A stretch of DNA of 64,000 nt, taken from TPA_inf: Saccharomyces (taxonomy: Eukaryota). Positions 1 to 13,120 of this stretch are shown piece after piece. The position numbers and the translations under genes were made by a program. Under the pieces are notes generated by a model. It was not told the DNA's origin. It made no database searches and saw nothing but the letters and a program-made list of their open reading frames with translations. Position 1 is the stretch's first letter, and every line of letters starts with the position of its first letter. The stretch covers positions 320,001 to 384,000 of the forward strand of contig BK006938.2 in the NCBI GenBank assembly GCA_000146045.2, in the 5' to 3' direction.

Positions 1-120
1 AGAGTAAACTTCAACGTCACCATTTTTCTTTGCTAAAACTAATTTTTGTGACTGTTCAGTGGGCAAAATCGCAGTGATATCCGATGATTTCAGCGAGTGT
101 AGCTTTTGAGCTCTTAACAT
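1..120 (-). CDS. VAM6: HOPS/CORVET subunit Vam6/Vps39, N-terminal 40 codons only (5' end of gene; rest lies beyond window start)
   Basis: Reverse complement of 1..120 reads ATG (120..118) then MLRAQKLHSLKSSDITAILPTEQSQKLVLAKKNGDVEVYS, open to the window edge. Matches the Vam6 N-terminus as I recall it and the expected neighbour of RXT3 (YDL077C). Confidence 0.75.
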   Translation of the reverse strand, partial: MLRAQKLHSLKSSDITAILPTEQSQKLVLAKKNGDVEVYS

Positions 121-667
121 TTAATTTTTGGTATAAATTGATATTTTGAAGGGTTTTTGCTGATCAATATAAGACCCGTCCGGTTGAAAAGATAATTGAA
201 CAGCCGTAAACCTAATTACAGGAATCGCTCTCAATTGGTAAGATTTACACGATTAGAGCTTGACTTTTGGCAGAGTTTGTCACAGTCCACGTTTTGTTTG
301 GCGCCCTGGGGTCCTTTTCATAAAATATCGTTTACTACCGATTCGGAATTAATATAATCTGAGGGCCCCGAAAATGGCTTAGTTACACATATTATAACCA
401 GTCTAATTAAAAAAGCAAGCACCTAGGACGGCATGTTAATGTATGGAAGAAGAGTATGAATTTGCAGGAGAGTGAGACAACCAAACTATCCAGTTATAGA
501 AACTTATAAAGTGAAGCTTTTGTTATATAGTACAACGCATCGTATATTCCTCAAAGCAATAATACAGAAGTAGCGCAGCAGAATGATATTTTGAATTAAA
601 TTAAATACACACATGGCGCCAACTAAGGTTGGAAGGGAAAGAAGGACGACCAATATTATGTCTTTCC

Positions 668-1552
668 TTAGGTCCATTTTAAATTTTTAATATACCCGTT
701 TGGTTCATGAGGTTTATCTCTATCTAGTCTTTGCTTAATGACAATACTATAGATACCGTAACTCAGTCCATCGTGTATAACGGTGGCTTCCGATCCCCAT
801 TCCCGCGATGTTATATCAAATCTTTTTACGCTAGGATACTTTTGTAGAGTAGGCAAAAACAACAACTCCACCTCTAGATCAAAAGGTGTGCCTTCCAGTA
901 GGGGAAGGTTACCTGTAACATTATCTTGATTAGTTACATTTACAGGGGTTCTTCTCAATTTGTGAAATGAGCCACCAGAAGGCGCTCCAATTTTGAACCC
1001 GCAATGTCTTAAAACTAGTATTGGGTCTGAGTCATCAGAATAGATATCACATCCCCATATCTCATTATTTCTCTTTCTAGGAGATTCTATATTATTGAAA
1101 CTTGCCTGAATATCTTCATATGTTATTTTTAGCGTTGCAATATTATTGATATTTTGAATACCGATAGCTGGAAGGAACGGTGGTGGAAGAGTGTTGTCAT
1201 AAAGGTTGTATGGAAAACTGTGCCTGTCTGAGTAACTTGTGGAGTCTTCATCAAAAGACCCTTCTTTGAAACGATTGTAATAAAGTGTACCCAAGTTTTT
1301 TAACTTGTTTGGATAGTGTTTCTCAGTGAAAGCAAGAACCGACTGTGAACTTACATTAGGCAGGTCGTAGGCCGAATTTCTGCCGTTTTGGTAATGCATA
1401 TACTGCTCTGGAAAAGAATGGGTGTTGCTTTCTTGTCCCTCCTCTTGCTTATTTTTTGTTCTCGCCGAATTTAGTAGTGTTTCCTGTAGTTTATATATCT
1501 GGGATTGAGTCTCTCTGTACGCCCTATTAGGATCTTGTTCGCTTACCGACAT
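668..1552 (-). CDS. RXT3: Rpd3L histone deacetylase complex subunit Rxt3 (294 aa from internal ATG; ORF extends to 1585 with an upstream in-frame ATG)
   Basis: 305-aa ORF; the second Met (MSVSEQDPNRAY...) gives the 294 aa I recall for Rxt3. The cat at 1550..1552 was checked in sequence. Synteny YDL076C. Confidence 0.8.
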   Translation of the reverse strand: MSVSEQDPNRAYRETQSQIYKLQETLLNSARTKNKQEEGQESNTHSFPEQYMHYQNGRNSAYDLPNVSSQSVLAFTEKHYPNKLKNLGTLYYNRFKEGSFDEDSTSYSDRHSFPYNLYDNTLPPPFLPAIGIQNINNIATLKITYEDIQASFNNIESPRKRNNEIWGCDIYSDDSDPILVLRHCGFKIGAPSGGSFHKLRRTPVNVTNQDNVTGNLPLLEGTPFDLEVELLFLPTLQKYPSVKRFDITSREWGSEATVIHDGLSYGIYSIVIKQRLDRDKPHEPNGYIKNLKWT

Positions 1553-2225
1553 TTTTATCTTATATTGTATTGTTACTTCTCTCAAAAAAAAAACTGCGAG
1601 TAAATTTTCCCTTACCTTCGTACTAAAATACCGTTATTTGTCAAAACGCTGTCATGGAATTCTATAGCACTTGATGCCGGAATGGAGATGCTTATTCTTG
1701 TGTTCTACATTCATGAAGTGCTGATACTATATTTTGTTTTCCCGAACCTCTCCCCTTCTGGGCCCTTTTTCCATTATTCACAATATTTTCATACCTTTAC
1801 CTCCGTACACCAATCTTTATTTTTACCCCCATACCTTTGTATTCTGAAATTGAGAAATGATTTGTGGTGCTTTTTTTTTTGGACAATCTGCCTTCGTGGA
1901 CAGTTTTGAAACGCTAGGCGACAGTTTTGCAACGGAAGGAAGTGGGAGAGCCCAGAAAGGCTTTCTCTCGATGGTGGATCATTCTTGCGCAGGCGGAGGA
2001 TGGGAAAGCTCCGTTCAGGTTTGCGGCTTTTCTTTCTGGCATTTTCGTTCTCCCAACTGCGCAGGCAGACATAGCTTGACTTTACTCATGCTCGCATTAG
2101 GCGGGTTGAATCTCATAGCTTGAAAGATAGTATTGAATTATATTGAAGATTTTATAACTAGTGATAATTTCATTCAAGTTTTAAAGAAAGAATTAATAAG
2201 CAAACAGAACTCAATCAAAGGAAAA

Positions 2226-2988
2226 ATGGCCGGTTTGAAAGACGTTGTCACTCGTGAATACACCATTAACTTGCACAAAAGAGTATGTGAAAGAATAAAA
2301 ATATAATGCCCAAGGGCTTGTCATCTGAATGGTTAATTAAGAAGATATTTCTATAGTCAAGGAATACAATATCAAGAATTTGTACCACAGAAACCTATCA
2401 ACAAAGATCATTGATCAAGATATATTTTATAATACGGAATTTGAAGACCATAATCAATATTATAACATCCAAGAGGGGAAAGATACACTTCGGCTGGACT
2501 TAAAGAGCGATGAAGACAGAAATAGTTATCTTAAATAGTGGAATCCTAGATTTTAAGTCGACAATTATCCATATCCCAAGTTTGACTAAATATGAATCAG
2601 AACAAATTGGGTCTCCAATATACAAAACCATTCATCAAGATTACACTAATATTAAAATGAACAATCGTTACTAACAAAAAATTTACCATTTTATTTTTAA
2701 TAGTTGCACGGTGTCTCCTTCAAGAAGAGAGCTCCAAGAGCTGTCAAGGAAATTAAGAAGTTCGCCAAGTTACACATGGGTACTGATGATGTCCGTCTAG
2801 CTCCAGAATTGAACCAAGCTATCTGGAAGAGAGGTGTCAAGGGTGTTGAATACAGATTAAGATTGAGAATTTCCAGAAAGAGAAACGAAGAAGAAGACGC
2901 CAAGAACCCATTGTTCTCCTACGTTGAACCTGTCTTAGTTGCTTCTGCCAAGGGTCTACAAACTGTTGTTGTCGAAGAAGATGCTTAA
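2226..2988 (+). CDS. RPL31A: Ribosomal protein L31 (eL31), two exons: 2226..2282 and 2704..2988; 113 aa
   Basis: Exon 1 ATGGCCGGTTTGAAAGACGTTGTCACTCGTGAATACACCATTAACTTGCACAAAAGA encodes MAGLKDVVTREYTINLHKR. It is followed by GTATGT, and exon 2 continues LHGVSFKKRAPRAVKEIKK...VVEEDA. This is a classic yeast RP gene with a 5'-proximal intron. Confidence 0.95.
2283..2703 (+). other. Spliceosomal intron of RPL31A (421 nt): 5'SS GTATGT, branchpoint TACTAAC at about 2668..2674, 3'SS TAG at 2701..2703
   Basis: Canonical yeast splice signals are seen directly, and the reading frame is restored across the junction. Confidence 0.9.
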
Positions 2989-3216
2989 ATCAATTAAATA
3001 AAAATAATACTCATTTTATATTAATAAATATAAAGTAAACATTTTCGATTTGTATAAATCTCTTGTACTCAAGCCAAGACTTCTGTATTCATTGAAGCGG
3101 GGCACTCAGATCAATTTTTATCAATGATATCATCTGCTACGCTTGTACAAAGGGTTACCTTCGAATTATTTAAAAGATGCAAGTCTACGTATAAGTGAAG
3201 GCGATAAAAATGGATA

Positions 3217-3471
3217 AATCAGTGTAACTATGACTATAAGGTTATGTTGGCCACTCATCACATTAAAAGACTCCCAATATTCTCCAACAGAAACGAAGTA
3301 TACCGTGCGTCTGATTATGGTCCACCAGAACGATGAGATCATAAAGACACAAAGTAAATGAGAAGTTTTACAATATTGAAAAAATACTGTAAAAGGATGG
3401 TCTTAAAAAGTAGTTTTGAAGTACTTCTGTTCTTAATAGACCAACGGAAAATTAAAATCTTCATCATTAAA
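3217..3471 (-). ncRNA. SNR63: Box C/D snoRNA, most likely snR63
   Basis: On the minus strand, C box ATGATGA (revcomp of 3461..3467) lies near the 5' end and D box CTGA (revcomp of 3219..3222) near the 3' end. There is an internal GTGATGAG C'-like box. It is non-coding and sits in a 1 kb gap between the convergent RPL31A and BRE1 genes. I recall snR63 mapping immediately downstream of RPL31A. Exact ends are +/- 5 nt. Confidence 0.65.
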
Positions 3472-3675
3472 AGTCCATAATTCATTCGCTTTCAGCAAAA
3501 CATAGAGCAGCAAGAAGCTAAAGAAATGACAAGAACTATCGGCAGAGTGAACTCACTATACCATTAATCTTATCACCCGTTTATAAATCTATTCTTGTCC
3601 TTTCCAGTTGATATGATTCTGCTATTATCCTTGTTCCCCCCAAGGACTGCAGTAGAAGAGTTATGTTACAAATGT

Positions 3676-3676
<1 letters not shown>

Positions 3677-3708
<32 letters not shown>
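3677..3708. repeat. (TA)n dinucleotide microsatellite, about 16 units
   Basis: Seen directly. Similar (TA)n tracts lie at 9642..9668, 24005..24030 and 50968..50994. Confidence 0.95.
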
Positions 3709-3712
<4 letters not shown>

Positions 3713-3801
3713 GACATTTGTGATGAAAATATATCTTGAACAAGCGCGATTAAGGTCATAATAAAAAATCACAGAAAATTTTTCAGGTCGCGGGCGTTCT
3801 C

Positions 3802-3839
3802 TCACCCGGCCGCCCAAAGTATTATATGAATCTTTAGGG
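3802..3839 (-). promoter_or_regulatory. Candidate snoRNA promoter elements: Reb1-like TCACCCGG (3802..3809) and Tbf1 site TTAGGG (3834..3839), with (TA)n at 3677..3708 as a TATA-like tract
   Basis: Motifs seen in sequence 200-370 bp upstream of the proposed snoRNA 5' end on the minus strand. Independently transcribed yeast snoRNAs commonly carry Tbf1/Reb1 sites. Confidence 0.3.
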
Positions 3840-4046
3840 CTTGTAGGAATTATCAGCATGATATGTACAATTAGAGTTTTTCTTTGGAAACATGCGACAG
3901 TAGACGTCACTCTTTGATTCAGAAGTTAGGCTAGGATGTACGCAAATAAAATAAAAGCAATGACAAAACTAGATTTACATATATTATATGTATATGTATG
4001 TGGAGGATATAACACAAACAGTGGAAAAGTGGTAGAATAATTAGTA

Positions 4047-6155
<2,109 letters not shown>

Positions 6156-6612
6156 TTATTATCAGCTAGCACGATTAGCATAAAAACGGTGAAAGCCCTT
6201 TCTATCTCTGTTAAAAACCTTGGGGCGCTCTCTGTTAGTTTACCGTTCAAACAACATCCATCCAACTTTTTTTAATCTTCTTCTTTTTTGTTTTTTCGCC
6301 TTCTTTAAGAAAGTTTCGTTGGATGTGATTATAATCACGTGATCAAATGCTTTTGTCACTTTTATATAATAACGATGGTTTGATCAAAGTACGATCAGTT
6401 GGTGCTTCATTTCAAAGTTAGAAGACATCCTTAGTGCCTATTGTCGATCTGCTCTTTCTTTTTGAATCCACTGAAATTAACGATCTCAGAATTTCACCAG
6501 TGATTTTCCCAATATTATCTTTCGTGGGTAGAGAAACAATTCTGAACTCGATTGTGCTTCGTATGCTATATACGCATTGTTGTAGCACTAAAGATCATAT
6601 TGCTCATTAAGC

Positions 6613-9567
6613 ATGGGTCCTGCCATACATAATCAACTATATGAATGTGGATTAAAGACTACGTCTCAAGATGGCTTCTTGATGGACAATTATGAAACTC
6701 AATTATTTCAATCGTTGAACAGGTTTATCAATTTCATAAACAATGCTAATCAGTCAGCTAGTAATAAAGAACAAAATACAAAATTTTGCAAATCCTCCTC
6801 AAATTTTTTACGCTTGAAACTACTAACGGTTCTAAGACAATGGTGTGATTCTTCACGAAGCAACTGTACACTGGAGGTTAGAGATGTTTTGACCCAATGG
6901 TGGGTCACACTTTTAAACTTTCTAAATTCTGACACCTCGCTTCAAATAGATACTGCCCTTGAATTGAGCTTGAGCATAGAACTAACTTCCGTGTGTCTCG
7001 AGTGCCTCAGCAAAATTATGACCATACTAATAATATTGCCTTTCCATTCATCCAGAGACATGGAAATATACTCACATCATCTTTTGCTGACCATTCATTG
7101 CATAACAAACAAGTTGATTTTGATTTCTAAAAACTCCAAAAAACTTAAACGTACAAATAGTGATGACAAGTGCTCTATAAACGACAAGAAGCTGCAATAC
7201 CTTAACAAATATTCTTCCTTGCTGCGAGCATTCATCGGGAAGTTAAATGCTTACGCATTTTTTTATCTACCAGAAGACTTTCATTTCGATACAATTTTGT
7301 TATTGACAGTTTCTCCTCAAATCTCTTCAAGTATTCAAACATCTTTGTTTTCATGGAAGAAGAGACAATATAAATTCACCGACGATCAGGGACAAATGAT
7401 CCGCACTGAAGCTTTTGAAAATAAAGATACTAAATTTTTTAAGATCATTGTTTCTTATATTAAAAATGATTTTGTACTTATGTCATTTTATTGGCACTAT
7501 TGGTATATCATACTTCAATTTATGAAATTCTCTGATTCAGATGTAGGAATTAAAAAATCGACATTGTCATGCATACCTGGCTCAGAAATTTTATTGACGC
7601 ATGTAACCACTAGATTCTTGAATTCAGATTTGAATAAATTCACGCGGATTATTAAACAAACGCCGAATCCAAGGATAGCAAATGAGAATGTGACAGAGTC
7701 ACATCCAAATTTCAAGAGTTTGAATAGTAGCAATGCTTTAATTACATCTGAAAGGATTAATGATTACGTATTTTCTAATTTTAAGACAATCAAATTATGG
7801 GAATGTCTTAGAAGCCTTTCAGGATGCATTCTTAAAGAAAATCATCCGGAATACCTGGAAAATATGCTTTCCTTACATGAGTCTCTATTGATAGACTATG
7901 TCTCCACTATTTCAGCGTACGATTATATTGCAGCGAACGTCATTTACAATAAGGTTCTCCAGTTTATTATTTTCCAGTTTGAAAGTTTACCTTCTCTGAA
8001 ATTCATTCAATGGAGGTCGTGGTACAATGGGCTTTTGAGTATGTTAAGGACCAAAAATGTTAACTGCCAGACTGTTTCTTTATTATGCCTTTTCAATATT
8101 TGGAAGCACGTAACCATTGAGGACCGCGATGAAATAGTAAAAGTGCTGTTAAGTGATTTTTGGGAGTCATTGATTTTTGAAAACGAATTTCCTTTGATTA
8201 GAATTTTATTTATGAAGGTATTAGTTTTTAAAATCATTCCAAGTGTTCAAAATTCTTCTTCATTACGATTCTTGCCACATGATAGAATTAAACAACTATA
8301 TGAAGAGCTACTGGTAAACAAGGAGGAGTTATTTGAGATGCAAAAACACGATTCAAATGATATAGTGGCGCATAGAAAGAATGCTCTCGTTTTTAATGGT
8401 AACTCACGTTTGATGATGATTCCAAAAAAACCAAATACAGAGGACCACTTAGTTTATAAGATTAATCATGATAAAAATTTAACTACAGAAAGATTTCCCT
8501 CTGTCAGCTCAGTGGCAAATACAAGACCTAACGTTATCTTGAAAAATGGTAAATACGCTTATGATATTTTGGACGAAATGACAAGTAAAGCTGCCTTTCT
8601 TCTTGCAGAAAAGAAGACCCGACTAAATCCCAAAAAAAATCACAAAATTATGGATGGCTACGAAGGAGGTCAGGAAAACGAAGATAATGATGAAGACTCA
8701 GAAGATAGTGGCTCGCATAAAAATAAGAGAAAGGAAGGTAATAGTTCTTTATCGGCAACACTGAACACTTGGCTTTCAAAATTTTCAAGTACTTCTGAAG
8801 ATTCACAGAAGAAGAAGGAACAGGCAAATGAATTAGGCAACGATTTTGAATATGATGAAGATGTGGCTGATTTTGCAGAAATTTTGCCGAAGCAGTCATC
8901 TAGTAATATTGAAAAAATTTTTAAGCATGGTAACAATTCAGGATCAATGGTATCATATAATTCAAGTATCAAGCTCAATAGGAGGGAGAATATATTGATA
9001 GGTCCACCAGAGTTGAGATTTTCTAATGAAATCAAGGAACACAATAGTATTGCTACAATATTCAAACTGGTATTTATTCAAACCAATAGAAGAGTCGTCG
9101 AAAAAATAGATTTGGCGAACATGAAATGGGGGACAATCCACGGAGGCAGTAAGTACATGAAGCCTTTACCCGTCCCGAAAGATTTGGTTGCGAGTGTTGC
9201 TAAGAACGAAAGTGAGACGAGAAACTTAGCTACCTTATGCGGTAATGGTCTAGATTTTGAGATACCGGTGCCTGATTTTAATATTTTTGGCAAATGTATG
9301 GAAGATGAGCAAGATGTAGCCAAAATTGGTAATCAGAATGTGGAAGATTTGAAAGTTACTGGGGGGCGGGAGGTGACAATTTGGAAGCAGATCCAAGATA
9401 TGAAGTTGAGAACAAGGATACAAAAAATCTGTGTTTTAATTGAGACGTTCAATGCTACAGTAAGAGAATATTTTGAGTTTTCCAATCGATTAGAGCATGA
9501 CGGTATATTTATAGATTTTGAAGTGAGGAAACCTAGTAGTAATAATTCTATTAATATCAAAGTCTGA
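6613..9567 (+). CDS. AHK1: Scaffold protein of the HKR1 branch of the HOG pathway (984 aa)
   Basis: 984-aa ORF at the position of YDL073W between BRE1 and YET3. Named from size and synteny only; I do not recognise the sequence itself. Confidence 0.8.
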   Translation: MGPAIHNQLYECGLKTTSQDGFLMDNYETQLFQSLNRFINFINNANQSASNKEQNTKFCKSSSNFLRLKLLTVLRQWCDSSRSNCTLEVRDVLTQWWVTLLNFLNSDTSLQIDTALELSLSIELTSVCLECLSKIMTILIILPFHSSRDMEIYSHHLLLTIHCITNKLILISKNSKKLKRTNSDDKCSINDKKLQYLNKYSSLLRAFIGKLNAYAFFYLPEDFHFDTILLLTVSPQISSSIQTSLFSWKKRQYKFTDDQGQMIRTEAFENKDTKFFKIIVSYIKNDFVLMSFYWHYWYIILQFMKFSDSDVGIKKSTLSCIPGSEILLTHVTTRFLNSDLNKFTRIIKQTPNPRIANENVTESHPNFKSLNSSNALITSERINDYVFSNFKTIKLWECLRSLSGCILKENHPEYLENMLSLHESLLIDYVSTISAYDYIAANVIYNKVLQFIIFQFESLPSLKFIQWRSWYNGLLSMLRTKNVNCQTVSLLCLFNIWKHVTIEDRDEIVKVLLSDFWESLIFENEFPLIRILFMKVLVFKIIPSVQNSSSLRFLPHDRIKQLYEELLVNKEELFEMQKHDSNDIVAHRKNALVFNGNSRLMMIPKKPNTEDHLVYKINHDKNLTTERFPSVSSVANTRPNVILKNGKYAYDILDEMTSKAAFLLAEKKTRLNPKKNHKIMDGYEGGQENEDNDEDSEDSGSHKNKRKEGNSSLSATLNTWLSKFSSTSEDSQKKKEQANELGNDFEYDEDVADFAEILPKQSSSNIEKIFKHGNNSGSMVSYNSSIKLNRRENILIGPPELRFSNEIKEHNSIATIFKLVFIQTNRRVVEKIDLANMKWGTIHGGSKYMKPLPVPKDLVASVAKNESETRNLATLCGNGLDFEIPVPDFNIFGKCMEDEQDVAKIGNQNVEDLKVTGGREVTIWKQIQDMKLRTRIQKICVLIETFNATVREYFEFSNRLEHDGIFIDFEVRKPSSNNSINIKV

Positions 9568-9636
9568 ATAATAGAATGAGTTACATACGTAAACGTGTAG
9601 TATTATTATTATTATTCTATTTCCTTTCCGTTTTTA

Positions 9637-9669
<33 letters not shown>

Positions 9670-9835
9670 TGGGTGTTTATATTTAGGTAGGGCATAAGGA
9701 TTTACTGTCGGCATGAACCTACTTGAACAAAAAAATAAAAATCAAAAGAAAAATAATGTAGGCTTTTGCACATCGACTATATATAAATATATATATACAC
9801 ACTTCTGTGCAGAAGAAAAGGAATAAAACGTCAAA

Positions 9836-10447
9836 CTAATTTATTTCTTCTTGCAACGATTCCGACTTCTCCTTTAAACGTGCAATTTCGTCATCGATGT
9901 CCTGAATTTTCTTCAATAGTTCAAAATTTTTCTCATCGCCGTGGTCATCCTTGGAAGCGCCGGATTGAGCAGCAGCTTCGGCAGTAACAGAGTCGTTCTT
10001 CTTGACATCGCTGGAGGCTACTGGAGGCGATGCTCTGTATATGTCTTTCATGGTTAAAAGTTCTATGACTAGCCCAAAAGTCCTAACGACGACAAAGGTC
10101 AAAAACAAAGTTATACCTGTCAAATACATATTCCTTTGGGCAAAGAATTTCCTAGAAAGAACCTCAATTCTATCTTGAGCGATTATAGCGCCATTATTTT
10201 GAGAGGCGCTACTTAACTGCAGCTCTTTGTCGATGCTGTACACTCTGTTGATACAATCGATGAAAAGCAAAAGAATGAACCCAAGTACACACTTGATCGC
10301 AACTTGCACTGTGGAGGATTTGAACGGCTTTAATAACAGTAAGGTGAGAGGCCTACGGTATCTAGAAGGGATTGGTAGGGCTAGAATGGAGAACATGAAA
10401 ATCTCCACCACTAGAATGGCAAAAACCAAGGTGTAATATAATGACAT
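9836..10447 (-). CDS. YET3: ER membrane protein, BAP31 homolog (203 aa)
   Basis: 203-aa ORF with three N-terminal hydrophobic segments and a C-terminal coiled coil ending KKIQDIDDEIARLKEKSESLQEEIN. BAP31-like architecture; synteny YDL072C. Confidence 0.85.
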   Translation of the reverse strand: MSLYYTLVFAILVVEIFMFSILALPIPSRYRRPLTLLLLKPFKSSTVQVAIKCVLGFILLLFIDCINRVYSIDKELQLSSASQNNGAIIAQDRIEVLSRKFFAQRNMYLTGITLFLTFVVVRTFGLVIELLTMKDIYRASPPVASSDVKKNDSVTAEAAAQSGASKDDHGDEKNFELLKKIQDIDDEIARLKEKSESLQEEIN

Positions 10448-11023
10448 GATTCAATTCTGTGAATTCTATGGTTATGAGTATAATGTGACGTGGTTACCTT
10501 GGAAGAGCTCACTATTCTATCTTCCTACTAAATCGGGATTTGCTATATACCATTGTTATATACGGCACTTTTCCACTCTTCTTCCCCTTAATGGAGTGAA
10601 GCAGGCAGGGTGACCCTCTAGCTAAAAAAAGAAAGAGGCGAAAAAAGAGTGCAACGTCAACAACGCTAAAAGAGAAAGGGAGAAACGCGCAAGTGTTTAC
10701 GCATAGAGGGTGAACAGGAGCAAGAGCATTTTGATAGCACACAGACTTTTAATAATAAAGCGGCAGAGAATGACTCAAATAAATGCGCGATGATATTGGG
10801 AAGAGGCTCAAGCAATTCGTGAGGCGCAACCAACGCCAGTTTTTCGTTGCTCGTGCACAGTGACACGGTGGCAAAATGGTCGACGTTGGCGCTTGTTTCG
10901 GCCACTTTGTTATTCGGAAGAGATTTTATATATAAGGCGGGCGCGGTAGCCAGAAAAGAGCGAAAAAGAGAGAACGCGGAAAAACTGAAACAAACAGATT
11001 GAGCGAAATAAACCTCGGCGGCT

Positions 11024-12940
11024 ATGTCTCGTACTAACATGGATACAAGACACGCACATTCTGCTTTACTGGCAGCACCACAGAGTGCTACTGCAAATAG
11101 CAGGAGCAGCAACAGCAGCAGCGAGAGTAGTAGTAACAAAAACAATATCAATGTCGGCGTCGGTGACGATAGCGGTAATGTCAGCGCGGTAAGTATCGAC
11201 GATGGACCCCACTTCAGGGATATCTTCCACTATGGACACGAGGAAAATTACAAACTTGCGAGCAGCGGTATCACTAACCTGAATTCTTCATCCCACGCCC
11301 ACCAAACTTTGTCTCCCATTTCCATTAGTAATGCATCCACTCCGGAAAGTTTTCCCGAGCACCCTTTGGGCCTAGAACGGGAAACAGAGCCGGCGTTGGA
11401 AGCTGAAATGGAAGCGGAGGAACTACCACCACACCAAAGTAAATACCTTTTAAGCTCCATTAAGGCGACCAAACGATTAAAAGATGCTAGACCGTTTCTG
11501 AAGCCGGTTGATCCTATTGCTTTGAACATCCCGCATTATTTCAACTACGTTCAAACCCCAATGGATTTGTCTTTAATTGAAACAAAATTGCAGGGCAACG
11601 TGTATCATTCAGTAGAGCAAGTCACATCGGACTTCAAAACAATGGTGGATAATTGTTTAAACTTTAATGGTCCAGAATCTTCAATCTCTTCGATGGCTAA
11701 AAGGATTCAAAAGTATTTTGAAAAAAAGTTATCTGCAATGCCACCAAGAGTTTTACCCGCTTCTGCCTTGAAGAAAACAAGCAGAAACCGGAAAAAAAAT
11801 GAGGATATGGATTCCCCACTTGTCATTAGACGTTCAGTTAGTACCACCAATGACAATATTGGGGAAAGCGGAAATAGAGAAGGCGTCAGTGGTGGTAGAC
11901 CCAAAAGAACAATTCATCCACCCAAATCAAAAGATTTGTTTGATATATATGAAAACTCCAAACCAAAATCAAAGACTTTACAAAAAAAATTCAGGACTTG
12001 TCTGAAAATACTAAAGGTTTTGATGAGTAAAAAAAATTCGGATATAAATTTTCCCTTTTTACAACCTGTTGATCCGATTGCTTTGAATCTACCAAATTAC
12101 TTTGATGTCGTGAAGAATCCTATGGATTTGGGTACAATATCAAATAATTTAATGAACTGGAAGTACAAAACAATTGATCAATTTGTCGACGACCTCAACC
12201 TTGTCTTTTATAATTGTTTCCAATTCAATCCAGAAGGCAATGAAGTCCATTCAATGGGCAAAAAACTAAAAGAGCTTTTCAATTTTCATTGGTTAGAGAA
12301 CCAGGATATTTTGAATGAAATTGAAACGGATTCAGATCTTGAAGAGGATAACTATTCTTCTTCATATTCATCTGATGATGAATATGATGATGAAGACATA
12401 AATGAAAACGATATAACTAATCCGGCTATTCAATATTTGGAACAAAAACTGAAGAAAATGGAGGTTGAATTGCAACAATTGAAAAGACAAGAGTTAAGTA
12501 AATTATCGAAGGAAAGGAAGAGGAAGCATCTAGGTAAAACGCTTTTGCGTAGGAAGGCAATGAAGCATTCAGTTGACGATTTAAAGAAATCTATTACTGA
12601 TAAAATCAATGAATTAAGTGATTTAGAAATGAATGGGATGATTCGTATCATTAAAAATTCATTACCCGCAGATGAAATACTAACTTCCAATGAAGATGAA
12701 ATTGAAATTGATTTGGATATTTTAGATGAAGCGACTATTGCAAGAATTTATGAGAGATATTTTGAGAAAAAAAATAACAACAATAGCAAAAGAAAACTAA
12801 GTGGCAACTACTCGACTGCGCCAACTAACAAGAAAAAGAAAACCTTGAAATTTTTGGAAAAGGATGAAATCATAAATAATAATAATTATTCCGATTCTGA
12901 AGAAGACAGTAGTGATAGTAGCGACAGTGACAGTGATTAA
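11024..12940 (+). CDS. BDF2: BET-family double-bromodomain protein (638 aa)
   Basis: Two bromodomain-like segments (…PFLKPVDPIALNIPHYFNYVQTPMDLSLIE… and …PFLQPVDPIALNLPNYFDVVKNPMDLGTIS…), an ET-like region and an acidic/Ser-rich tail. Size 638 aa; synteny YDL070W. Confidence 0.9.
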   Translation: MSRTNMDTRHAHSALLAAPQSATANSRSSNSSSESSSNKNNINVGVGDDSGNVSAVSIDDGPHFRDIFHYGHEENYKLASSGITNLNSSSHAHQTLSPISISNASTPESFPEHPLGLERETEPALEAEMEAEELPPHQSKYLLSSIKATKRLKDARPFLKPVDPIALNIPHYFNYVQTPMDLSLIETKLQGNVYHSVEQVTSDFKTMVDNCLNFNGPESSISSMAKRIQKYFEKKLSAMPPRVLPASALKKTSRNRKKNEDMDSPLVIRRSVSTTNDNIGESGNREGVSGGRPKRTIHPPKSKDLFDIYENSKPKSKTLQKKFRTCLKILKVLMSKKNSDINFPFLQPVDPIALNLPNYFDVVKNPMDLGTISNNLMNWKYKTIDQFVDDLNLVFYNCFQFNPEGNEVHSMGKKLKELFNFHWLENQDILNEIETDSDLEEDNYSSSYSSDDEYDDEDINENDITNPAIQYLEQKLKKMEVELQQLKRQELSKLSKERKRKHLGKTLLRRKAMKHSVDDLKKSITDKINELSDLEMNGMIRIIKNSLPADEILTSNEDEIEIDLDILDEATIARIYERYFEKKNNNNSKRKLSGNYSTAPTNKKKKTLKFLEKDEIINNNNYSDSEEDSSDSSDSDSD

Positions 12941-13120
12941 CAATCGAAATGGGCTTCATGCCCTAATTAAGGAAAAAAAGAAAAGAAAAAAAAAATTGGG
13001 AAGAATGGGGATAAAAAAGATTTGTAACATTATAAACAAAAATAAGAAATAATTGTTTTTACGTACTTATTGTAAATAAAACAAAGGGATAACGGACAAA
13101 AAGGCATCGTTTCTTTTGTA

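Noticed and set aside
1700-1850. Rap1-like sites in the RPL31A promoter (TACCCCCATACCTTTG at about 1825-1840; CCGTACACCAATC at about 1803) and in the RPS29B promoter (CCACATACATTT at about 21207-21219)
   Set aside because: Each has one or two mismatches to ACACCCATACATT, and I cannot score them quantitatively. They are plausible for RP genes but not strong enough to list as features.
3581-3910. 109-aa minus-strand ORF between RPL31A and BRE1
   Set aside because: It reads through the (TA)16 microsatellite as YIYIYIYI and overlaps the snoRNA promoter region, so it is spurious.
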